Assembly: GCA_034226945.1 (NCBI GenBank)
Contig: CP120458.1
Location: 1,054,001 to 1,118,000, forward strand
Length of the DNA: 64,000 bases
Source: Picochlorum sp. SENEW3
Taxonomy: Eukaryota
Direction of reading: 5' to 3'
Below are positions 55,300 to 64,000 of this stretch, in pieces; position 1 is the first letter of the stretch, and every line of letters begins with the position of its first letter. The notes beneath the pieces were generated by a model. The model had not been told where the DNA came from. It made no database searches and worked only from the letters and a program-made list of their open reading frames with translations. The position numbers and the translations under genes are program-made.

Positions 55300-56875
55300 C
55301 TAGCGATCGCCTGCACGAACGGCTGCTGCCTCTATCAGACGCCACTGCTCCTGCCTCTTGGCACAATTGGCCCTTTCCTTGGCCAAACTTTCCTCGTACG
55401 CCTTCCTGCACCGCTCGTACAGCTTCGGATCCATGTTCTGAAACATTTTCCTAACATTCATTGATAAATTTTGAACGGCTGGATTCCAGTGTTGCTTTGC
55501 ATTCTCCTCCAGAGCTCCAACAACCAGTGGGACAACACTAGCCTTGTTGTGATGGAGCAACTGCACAATATACTCGTTGTTCCACAAGAACAGCGAGCGC
55601 TCTCCCACCTGAAAGTGATTTGAGGTCAAGCATTTCGATATCTGCTTCATCAACGGTTCTGCCACGGCGGCAAACTCCTCATCCCTCGTGAGCTCCAAAA
55701 CTTCCTCCAGCTCCCCCAGAAAGAGCACCTCTTTGTGGCTGTTGGTCACGGGCCAGAACTTCAAAAGGCCTCTGATGACCACTTCTGCTAACGAATGATC
55801 CTTTTCTACAAACTGTGTCACGCAGTACGACAGCTGTTGATGATATAGTGGAAGATTTTTTGGTTTGTGCAATGGCAGGAGGGCCCTCTGCAAGAATGTC
55901 TTGTGCTCCTCCTTGAGCGGCAATGCAAATCCGTTGATGATCGACCCTAAAATTTCCAATAATTCAGCTATTCCGTTGTGCCTATCTGTTTCGTAGACAA
56001 ATCGATAAAATACATGATTGATAGACTTTCGAATAAAGGGCCGATGTGCCATGAATTTCCCATAAATCCTGTGAAGAATGGTCTTCAGGTAATCTCTCTC
56101 CCGAGGATCTTCGCTATCAAACAAATCCAGAAGCTTCAAAATAAAATGATGGTTAATATATTGCTTGGCTACCTTGGCATCGGTGTCGCTCGACACGACA
56201 TACCGGAGCAATAATTCGTATACTATAGAGAGGTGCGACCACGCAGGCTCCAACAGCGGTTCCTCCTCGTCCAACTCATAACTCTCCCCGGTGGTTGAAT
56301 GCTTGCTGGGTGGAAGCTCTCTAAATAAATTGGCAGCAATCATATGGACAACATGGGGAGATACATCTTCTGTAAACTTGCCTCCTCCAGAGTTGATGTA
56401 ATCAATCAAATCCTGCAGAGCCTCCCGCTTCATCTCCTTCTCCCTCACATCTACAGCCGGGCTGGTGAAATCAAAGGTGTACGAGCACATTTCCAACTTT
56501 CTCACGAAAACTTCCTGTCGGTGATGGACGTCAACATTTCTCAGATGAGGAAGCGACTCTGCAGATGGCAGACAAGAGCAAAAACCTGTGAGTAGACCAA
56601 CCCAACAGACTTGCACAACACAAAACCCCGCTCGTACCTCTATATGCATTCAACATAGACTCCCTAGATTTCGTCCTTTTAATTTTAGTATTCACATGAG
56701 CTGGTTCAGAGTGCCCTCGCCTGAGCGGGTGCTGCATTTTGGCCGATGACCCTGACTGGTCCACGTCGCAGCTCCCTTGCCTCCTGTGACCTTGCTGCTG
56801 CGCCTTCCCCTTGACACTCGTCATACCCAGCTTTGCCTTCATGGACTTGAACAGGCTCGGCGTGTTGTCCCCCAT
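55300..56875 (-). CDS. PP2A B' (B56) regulatory subunit; intron 56559-56637
   Basis: EPAWSHL, LFDSEDPRERDYLKTILHRIYGKF, HNGIAELLEILGSIINGFALPLKEEH and ERSLFLWNNE. Confidence 0.96.
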
Positions 56876-57186
56876 CGTTCACCCCAACAAACAAGCGACC
56901 CGTGTTGATTGGTGAATGATTCTTTGTTTGGAACATACGTACACACCGAGGTGTGTCTCTTGTCCGAATATGTCTCCTGTTACTTTGCAATCGGTAGTTT
57001 TCAATATGTTTATAGATCAACCCCAGGCATGACATGGGTCTATCCTGTGCAAACTGGAGACCCAGATCTCCGCATAAGATCTCACCCTGCCAATATGTGC
57101 CTTTTGGGCCATGATGACACTGTAGCACTGGGCAGAAAATTCCACTTTCATCTATTTATAATCATTGCATAGTCCATTGATTCGTT

Positions 57187-58613
57187 ATGGTGGCGACAGT
57201 GCACGCCATTGTCCTCGTGGACGCTGCACGGGAACTGGGTGCGCTCACTGCGGACAACAAGGGGTGTCCAGTCGGCGTTCTTTTACCCATAGCAAATAAA
57301 CCAATGATAAACTATGTTTTAGAGACATTGAGCAGGTCCGGAATCGTCAATGTGACTCTGGTGCGTGCCAATTTTATATTTTTTTTTGTCCTGCTGCATT
57401 CTTGGGTGCTCTCCTGTTCAATCCTCATGCGACCTCGGTGCCTGTCATCGTGTAGGCTGGAAGTAATGAGGATTCCATGCGTTTGTTGTCGGAATGGTGT
57501 CGTTCCGGGTATTCAGGTCCTTGCGTCGTAGACACCTTGTGTGACGGGAACTGCGGGAAGGCCCCCGTGAGCCTCATTCGCCAACTCCTTCCCAAACTGA
57601 CAGGATGCGAGAATATAGTCATTATGGAGGGCAATGTAGTCACCGATCTGGCGCTTAGGGCGCAGATGCTGGCCCACGATATGAAGGAGGCGCTTCTGAC
57701 CATGGTTGTGGGGAAGGCACCTGTGGAGACAGGAGATTCCGGAAAGAGTGTCGCTCCGACCGACTACTTTAGCATACAGCCAGATGGGGTGATATCTGTA
57801 TATTGCCATGCCCAAGAAAAATTGCGGGACGTTAGGATTGCGGAAGCGTGTCTGTCAAAGCATGTCCACCTGACCATTCGAAAGGACTGCAGGGATATGA
57901 AGACGTATATTTTCCGCAGGAACAAGCTATCTTCTATTTTAGAAGAGAATCCTGGATTAACGGATATCCAGAAGCACCTGATTCCGTACCTAGTCAGGTA
58001 TCAACTGGTGAGTAGCAACAAGGTGGGCAACTCCATGGCGACCCTCGATAGAACCAGCAGTACAAACCTGACAGCTTGCTCTGGCAGCGAGTCTCACCTC
58101 CACTTACAGTCGATGAAACACGATTCTCAGCAACAGGCTCACGCTGTGATCGCGTACAGGGTTCCGCAAGACGTGTATTGTGAGCTGATTGATTCTCTGG
58201 CCTCGTATTCCAGTGCCAATAGGGACGTGTTAGCACCTCACATCGCCAGCAAATTTATCGATTTGAAGCCGAATGCTCGATCTGATGCCTTTATAGATAG
58301 TCCAGTAGAGTTTGGAAATAAAGTCACGGTTGGTAACGGAAGTATTGTGGGCCGAGGTAGTACCTTGGCAGACAGATGCAGCATCAAGCGCTCGGTCATT
58401 GGACCATCCTGTCACATTGGAGCGAGCTCCAAAATCATCAATTGCGTTATACATGATGGAGTCAATATAGGAGACGGTTGTCACATCCAAAACTCCATCA
58501 TCTGTTGCAATGCGGTCATTGCCAGCAAGATTTCCATGAAGGACTGCCAAGTCGGTGCTGAGGTGACTTTAGCCGATCCAGGCAATTACAAATCCGAGGA
58601 ATTTTTCGATTGA
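57187..58613 (+). CDS. Translation initiation factor eIF2B gamma subunit; intron 57361-57455
   Basis: NTP-transferase-like LLPIANKPMINYVL; HLIPYLVRYQ; C-terminal left-handed beta-helix hexapeptide repeats (SIKRSVIG, KIINCVI, IQNSIIC). Confidence 0.85.
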
Positions 58614-58656
58614 TTGATCCTTTTATGATGTGGTGTGTAAATAAATAAATAAATAT

Positions 58657-59484
58657 TCATGGCATGATGCGAATCATGGCGAAGAACAGCGGCCTAGGAA
58701 ACAGCCGAGAAAGACCTGTTGCTGCGGGGGTCTCCTCTTGGTACCCGAGCCCAACCAATACCCCGGGACCCACGACGCGCACATAATCAGTAAAGTCTCC
58801 ATCGAAAGGAGGAGGGTTCTTTCTGGGTCCGACCCATCCAAACTCTGATGCAAGTGCTGCAAGTTCCCCTTCCTCCTCCTCCGGGAGGGCATAGGACAAT
58901 ACCATATCACATGTGTCTGACAACATGGGCACCAGAGAACCGCCGACGGCAGCCTTGAAGTACAGAGGGCCTGGGTACCCTCTGTTCTTCAGAACATTTC
59001 CATGGAAAACCCTGCCATAGATATTAGGGTGGGGAGTCTCCTTGTCCTCGCCAGGCATGGAGAAGAAGGCCTTTTCAAAATACTCTTGCCCCAACAGCCT
59101 GATGGGCAACGCTGCCCTGCCACGGTATCGAACGAGGCTAGAGTCTTCGCCGGGTAGATCATTCCAAATGCTGTAGGATGGGACTTTGGACGAAGAAATA
59201 TCCGCGATGGAAGCCTCGTGCCGTTGTCCCGCCAACCGCCACAGTCGTAAAATATCTGCGTTCGTCAACTCATCCAGCATTTTCACTCTATCTTCCTCTG
59301 GTATCTCATCAATCTTATTCCATAACAGAAGCCCGAGGTTCACACTGTCTTTGCTGTAAGGCACGAGAGTCTCAGCAGTTTTCACCAGATTGACGACACT
59401 CTTGACCGCGCTGGACCGCGCAATCCCCAGATGCCTCGTTTGACCGTCCAGACGGGTATATTTCCATTGCATGCCGACCACCAT
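58657..59484 (-). CDS. Uncharacterised protein, possible organellar presequence
   Basis: 275-aa ORF with protein-like composition; C-terminal DYVRVVGPGVLVGLGY. Start uncertain. Confidence 0.65.
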   Translation of the reverse strand: MVVGMQWKYTRLDGQTRHLGIARSSAVKSVVNLVKTAETLVPYSKDSVNLGLLLWNKIDEIPEEDRVKMLDELTNADILRLWRLAGQRHEASIADISSSKVPSYSIWNDLPGEDSSLVRYRGRAALPIRLLGQEYFEKAFFSMPGEDKETPHPNIYGRVFHGNVLKNRGYPGPLYFKAAVGGSLVPMLSDTCDMVLSYALPEEEEGELAALASEFGWVGPRKNPPPFDGDFTDYVRVVGPGVLVGLGYQEETPAATGLSRLFPRPLFFAMIRIMP

Positions 59485-59608
59485 CTCGTTCGAGGGCCCT
59501 CTGCGCCGACAGACTTCTGTTCGGTGGAACCGCGAGGGGCTTGTACATGGACGGTCTTTCCCAGATGAACAATTCTTACAATATCAATTACAATGTCATG
59601 TATATTCA

Positions 59609-60772
59609 TCAATAGATGACGTCATATCCGAGCAGCTTTTCGAAGGTGGGATTCATCCTCGCATTGACCGCTTCTACGAGGTGCGATGTCTCTGTGTCTC
59701 TTTCCCGAGGATCCTCCGTTTCCTTCTCTAGTAGGGTATGGGCCCGAAAGTACACACTCCTTTCAAAGTAGTCCTTCGGAGCCATACTAGTACCAGATTG
59801 CGCCCTTCCATGATACCCGGTCAACACGGTTGGCATCTCTCCTTTCATGGTCCACCCAGTCAAATTCTGCACGGCCCGAACAAAAGCCTCCTGCTGCATG
59901 GGCAACACATTCTCCTCCGCTCGAACGACCATCACACAGTTGCTAGATGTGATTGCTGACTTTAAATGGTTGCAAAACTTTTTTATTCGTAGGTCGAAAA
60001 TGTCCTCAAATGACTCGCCCGGAGTGATGTGTGCACCTCTCTGCCAGGGAGTCGAGACAAACTCCAGAGGGCCCTTCCTACTCGCTCGGATCTGCGCTGA
60101 GTCGCAGAAGTAGCAGTCTCGCATCATCGACCTGACCCAGTCGTATGCATTGCGAATGGAAATGACCGTTAGCCCGGGATAGAAACGCCCATCGTCCTGC
60201 TGTGAATTGTGTTTATGATTGTTCAGACCAAATTCGCGCTGGAATTCCGCAACTTTCACCCACGGAAATCGCTTTCGGATTTTTTCTTTCGATTCCAATA
60301 TGACGTCGAAATTCGCATGGACGAGGTCTGCAGCGGCATTCGAGCCACAATGCCTCTCCCCAAGAATGTGAAAGTGTCTTGACACCTGTCCTGTGCATTT
60401 CTCATTCACCGAGACGCCCTCCGGGACTCTGCAAACAGAGATCAAAGCATCCATATCAACAGCTTTCATGTATTGATGCACCAGGCCAGCGTATCTCCTC
60501 TGCTCTTCAGGCTTTGTGGACCCAGCACCGTCCTGCAGCTTGTTGTCACCAGGACGCACTTTGCGGCCCTGTAGACCCGAATTCTCAGCTGCCAAGTTGC
60601 TTGCGGAGAGACCATACAGCCCCTTCCACAGGAGAATAACAATCACGAGGACGGTCGCGAGCGCCTGTGCTACCTGCCACAACCCCGCTGAGACGTTCTT
60701 CTTCTTCTTCCTCTTGTTCTTCGCTTGCACGGAAAACAGCCCATGGCCCGATTTCCTCTCGCTCCTTTGCAT
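59609..60772 (-). CDS. Type II membrane protein with a sulfotransferase-like domain
   Basis: Basic N-terminus plus one TM helix; ILGERHCGSN (5'-PSB-like), HKH and ISIRNAYDWVRSM (3'-PB-like). Confidence 0.7.
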   Translation of the reverse strand: MQRSERKSGHGLFSVQAKNKRKKKKNVSAGLWQVAQALATVLVIVILLWKGLYGLSASNLAAENSGLQGRKVRPGDNKLQDGAGSTKPEEQRRYAGLVHQYMKAVDMDALISVCRVPEGVSVNEKCTGQVSRHFHILGERHCGSNAAADLVHANFDVILESKEKIRKRFPWVKVAEFQREFGLNNHKHNSQQDDGRFYPGLTVISIRNAYDWVRSMMRDCYFCDSAQIRASRKGPLEFVSTPWQRGAHITPGESFEDIFDLRIKKFCNHLKSAITSSNCVMVVRAEENVLPMQQEAFVRAVQNLTGWTMKGEMPTVLTGYHGRAQSGTSMAPKDYFERSVYFRAHTLLEKETEDPRERDTETSHLVEAVNARMNPTFEKLLGYDVIY

Positions 60773-61235
60773 CTATCTGTCCTATTGATATTGATACTAC
60801 ATGATATTAGAACAATTATGTTCCAGCCTCGTGCTCAAGCTTCACCTAGGGCTTCTCATCGTTGGCCATGGCCAGCTCAGAGTTCCCAGTGGGAATCAAC
60901 GATCTGTTGGCGGTTTTGTCAACGAGCACCAGAGATACCACGATGTCCTCCAATTGGTGGAATGCACGGCTACAACCTCGAGAATGAATACATAAAGTAG
61001 AAATTTTGTGAATTGGTCGACTGATTCTCGCAGAAGGTATAATTGTCTACCACAAGTCACCCAAACTCCTTTGGACCACACACTGCCAAGTGGTGAGAGG
61101 GTTGGGACTTTGGGAACACAGTTGGATGCGAATGATATTATATTTGAGCATTTACTATCTTAATTATAACTGACTCTGGAGCGATCGTTACGTGCGTTGA
61201 TCGGGTACGGTCGAGATACTTGAGTCGAAGAAGAT

Positions 61236-63260
61236 ATGGAGGGAACTACCACGCTCTCTGCGGAGGAGGGAAGCCTTCTTTGCCAGGGAGGGTACGCAGA
61301 GAAAGGTGAGGAAGGAAGAATGCCATTGTCCAAGGATGAGGTGGCACCCGCGTTGACGCCTGGGAGCGTACCAGAAGTTCAACAAGGGACGTTTGGTGAG
61401 GATGCTCTTCCTTCCAATCTGCACCAGATACATGCTGGTAAGAGCGACCACATGAGCAATGAACCATTGATCGCATCATCAGAGGTACGTGTCGAGAAGT
61501 TTCTCCAGGGTGGGGTTGTGTTCCTGCTACAGAGGGCAACTGGGACAACTTTTTTTTTGTGTGTGATAGGATTCCAGGAGTATCTCGAGCACGCTCCTGA
61601 CATGGATATGATACGATGTGTGCAGGAAAATTTGAGTGACGGAATGAATCTGTTAAACATGACCAATCGCACTGGAATGGATGGAGGATCTCCGAACAGG
61701 GTTGGCATGGCCAAATCCTCCAACGATGGCACAGGCACGTCTGCTGATGAGTTTTCGGGAGCACATGAAACAGAAGGTGGAGGGATTGGATCCAATAGGA
61801 TGGTACCGCAATTTTCAAGGTCATTGCCAACCGTGGGATGCCAGGGCATTATCTCCAGTGAGGCCAGCATGTTCTCCTCATCACAGAGCGACTCTCCTAC
61901 TCGATTTCTGTGGATTGGAAACCTCACACCCATGGCGACTCGGCCAGTACTGTGCACTATTTTTGAAAGGTTTGGCCCACTGGAGGATTTGATAGCGTTT
62001 CCCTCCAGAATGTATGCATTCGTGACGTACCAGCACACTGAGAGTGCGGTGAAGGCCTTGCAGTCCATCCAGGGCGTGGTAATCAAAGATATCACGGGCG
62101 AGAAAGGCATGATCATCAAGTATAGACCGGAGAGAAAGGCTGCTACCCAGTCGATGGACGAATCCAGCGGCAGATCGCATGCTGGAGCTGACGTGGATGT
62201 TGAGCCATCTCCGAGAATCTGGTTGGGAAATATAGCTCCAACAGCAACAGCAGCGAATCTTCAGAGTGTGCTGGGTCGGTTTGGCCCGCTAGTAGATGCA
62301 GCTGTATTTCCAGCGCGTATTGGTCCCCTGGGATATGCGTTTGTGAAATTTGAGAGACTCGAAGATGCCATTAATGCATACACCACGTTGAACAATGCAG
62401 TTGTACCAGCTTTGTCAGGCTCCAAACAGGTTAAAATGAGGTATAAACCAGTCACAGAAGGTGTTCCAGCACGAGATACTGCTCTTGATGCCTTGCAAGC
62501 ATCCATTCCATCAAGGCACATTTGGATTGGGAACGTCACGCAGAAACCCTCAGAGGAGGTGTTGATGAGGATTTTCTCTCGTTTTGGAACCATCGAGTCA
62601 GCCAGAGTGTTTTCAGCAAAGTCATACGCGTTCGTGAATTTCTACGAGATCTCCTCGGCGATTGAAGCTATCACCAAGTTGGATGGAGTTGCAGTGCCTG
62701 TCCTGACAGGCCTGAAGCCTCTGGTCATGAGATATCAGCATGACGCCAATGCCCCAAGCAATGCTGCAAACATAAATCAGCAGCTCAATAACAAGATGTT
62801 GGAAATCCTATCGCGGTCCAGAATGGTCCCTGATTCTCAGCAGAGTCACTTGAGAAGCCAAGTCTCTCTTCCCCAGCAGATGTTGGCTCAGTCTTTTTCC
62901 ATGCACGTTGATAATGCTGCGCAGGCTGCTAGCACACAACACCAAGATCAGCTCAGGTTTTTGGGTCAGCCTTTGCCCGCACATGCGGGAGATTCGTCTG
63001 CAATATCCACAGTCTTGCAAAATCTAGCAGCCCTTGCACCAGCAGCAAACCCTGCTCCTCCGATGTTTTCCCAAGGATATCAGAGTGCACACACGCAGGT
63101 CAATACTGCAGAGCAGACTTTGCTCCACGAAAATGTGTGGCGCCAGGAAGATCAGTGGATCCCAAGAGCCAGCAGCATGCCATCCATGGCACAGGCAGAT
63201 AATGTATCTCTCCATCTTCCAGACACCGGTTTCCACAAGCCTTGGGATGGCAAATTCTAG
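61236..63260 (+). CDS. Three-RRM RNA-binding protein with a Q/A-rich C-terminus; probable in-frame intron 61485-61577
   Basis: RNP2/RNP1 pairs LWIGNL/YAFVTY, IWLGNI/YAFVKF and IWIGNV/YAFVNF. Confidence 0.88.
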   Translation: MEGTTTLSAEEGSLLCQGGYAEKGEEGRMPLSKDEVAPALTPGSVPEVQQGTFGEDALPSNLHQIHAGKSDHMSNEPLIASSEVRVEKFLQGGVVFLLQRATGTTFFLCVIGFQEYLEHAPDMDMIRCVQENLSDGMNLLNMTNRTGMDGGSPNRVGMAKSSNDGTGTSADEFSGAHETEGGGIGSNRMVPQFSRSLPTVGCQGIISSEASMFSSSQSDSPTRFLWIGNLTPMATRPVLCTIFERFGPLEDLIAFPSRMYAFVTYQHTESAVKALQSIQGVVIKDITGEKGMIIKYRPERKAATQSMDESSGRSHAGADVDVEPSPRIWLGNIAPTATAANLQSVLGRFGPLVDAAVFPARIGPLGYAFVKFERLEDAINAYTTLNNAVVPALSGSKQVKMRYKPVTEGVPARDTALDALQASIPSRHIWIGNVTQKPSEEVLMRIFSRFGTIESARVFSAKSYAFVNFYEISSAIEAITKLDGVAVPVLTGLKPLVMRYQHDANAPSNAANINQQLNNKMLEILSRSRMVPDSQQSHLRSQVSLPQQMLAQSFSMHVDNAAQAASTQHQDQLRFLGQPLPAHAGDSSAISTVLQNLAALAPAANPAPPMFSQGYQSAHTQVNTAEQTLLHENVWRQEDQWIPRASSMPSMAQADNVSLHLPDTGFHKPWDGKF

Positions 63261-63701
63261 AGCTTCTAATAGAAGTTCCCGTCAGTACAGTGGACAGGTG
63301 TTTTTGATAAAATGACACATGAACATGAATACAGAATTTTTTCTCGCAGAATGAATACCGATTCACCGGAGGTGGTATTTTATTTTGTACAAATATACAA
63401 TTACACATTTTAACACTGCATGGATACTCCATCGATGGATCTGCTCCATTGAATGATCTTGTCCCATGACAGGAAGCTGCTCCAAGATGGCCTGATGATC
63501 TTACCATCACTTCGTCCCACCACGCTCATATCTGGCACGTCTTCTCTCAGTCAGCAGAATCCTGTCAAATTTTTAATAATATCGGTGATTGGTGGCATTA
63601 TTGCAACGACGAGGAGCATAGACTCTATTTGTTGTCGCAGTCAACGTGATTCAAACGCGGGAACGTCATTGCAAACGTGATTACTCATTTAGATTTGGTC
63701 A

Positions 63702-64000
63702 TCAATTCATTTCTTTTCCATAGAAATGAGTTACAGCATGCTGGATGATGACCCTCGGGGTTTCAGGTGAGCAAACGCGTGCTTTTTGCGTGATGGCCAA
63801 AATTGTCGCCAGACAAGCAGACGCTATCGCAGCGATTCTTGTACCGCGCGTTTTAATCGATATTTCTTTTCGTATATAGGAAGAAGAAGAGCTTCGCTTC
63901 TCGTTTGCTGAGACTTCACAGCCTGCTCGCTTGGCTGTTGGTGTTTGTTCTGGTCGTGTTGTTTTGGAAGACCAGGACATCCCTGATGAAACAGGTTGCA
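63702..64000 (-). CDS. Possible 3' end of a gene entering from beyond the window
   Basis: Frame open from the window edge to a stop at 63702, with a hydrophobic stretch IAAIASACLATILAI; no recognisable motif. Confidence 0.3.
   Translation of the reverse strand, partial: QPVSSGMSWSSKTTRPEQTPTAKRAGCEVSANEKRSSSSSYIRKEISIKTRGTRIAAIASACLATILAITQKARVCSPETPRVIIQHAVTHFYGKEMN

Noticed and set aside
63410..63680. Short ORFs on both strands after the RRM gene
   Set aside because: No consistent frame, splice structure or motif could be established.
1..64000. Prokaryotic systems (operons, CRISPR arrays, defence islands, IS elements)
   Set aside because: Spliceosomal introns, transit peptides and eukaryote-specific genes occur throughout; I saw no repeat-spacer array, transposase or integrase.

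Overview
This is eukaryotic nuclear DNA, not prokaryotic. It is a very compact green-algal chromosome segment with about 40 protein-coding genes in 64 kb, short (mostly 60-150 nt) GT-AG introns, TGTAA polyadenylation signals and many organelle-targeted proteins. The organisation suggests a small-genome trebouxiophyte such as Picochlorum; that taxon is an inference. Most genes are recognisable housekeeping genes: HUP/STP hexose transporter, LPA3, PurN, CLC, CYP26-2, LYR protein, ANK-TZF, organellar L33 and S16, DEAD helicase, VPS41, HCF101, GET3, DAG lipase, DnaJ-thioredoxin, PMM, mitochondrial and plastid EF-G, UBC9, trehalase, HRQ1, PGDH, PP2A-B', eIF2B-gamma and an RRM protein. The most striking item is a single intronless ORF (4718-7471, minus) that fuses a CPFC glutaredoxin, a DUF4395-like CxGC membrane domain, a SLAC1/TehA anion channel and a hemerythrin-like domain that lacks its His ligands; it is a candidate self-contained redox-regulated channel. 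Other items of interest are clusters of perfect palindromes in intergenic promoter regions, a Nup50-like domain fused to a histidine phosphatase, a truncated pyridoxal-reductase gene abutting an HA-domain-like ORF, a GC-AG intron in a twin-CX9C gene, a stand-alone seven-repeat FG-GAP propeller and a Csm1/TITAN9-like protein. I found no tRNA, rRNA, CRISPR array or intact transposon. All family assignments come from motif recognition by eye, and no database search was run.
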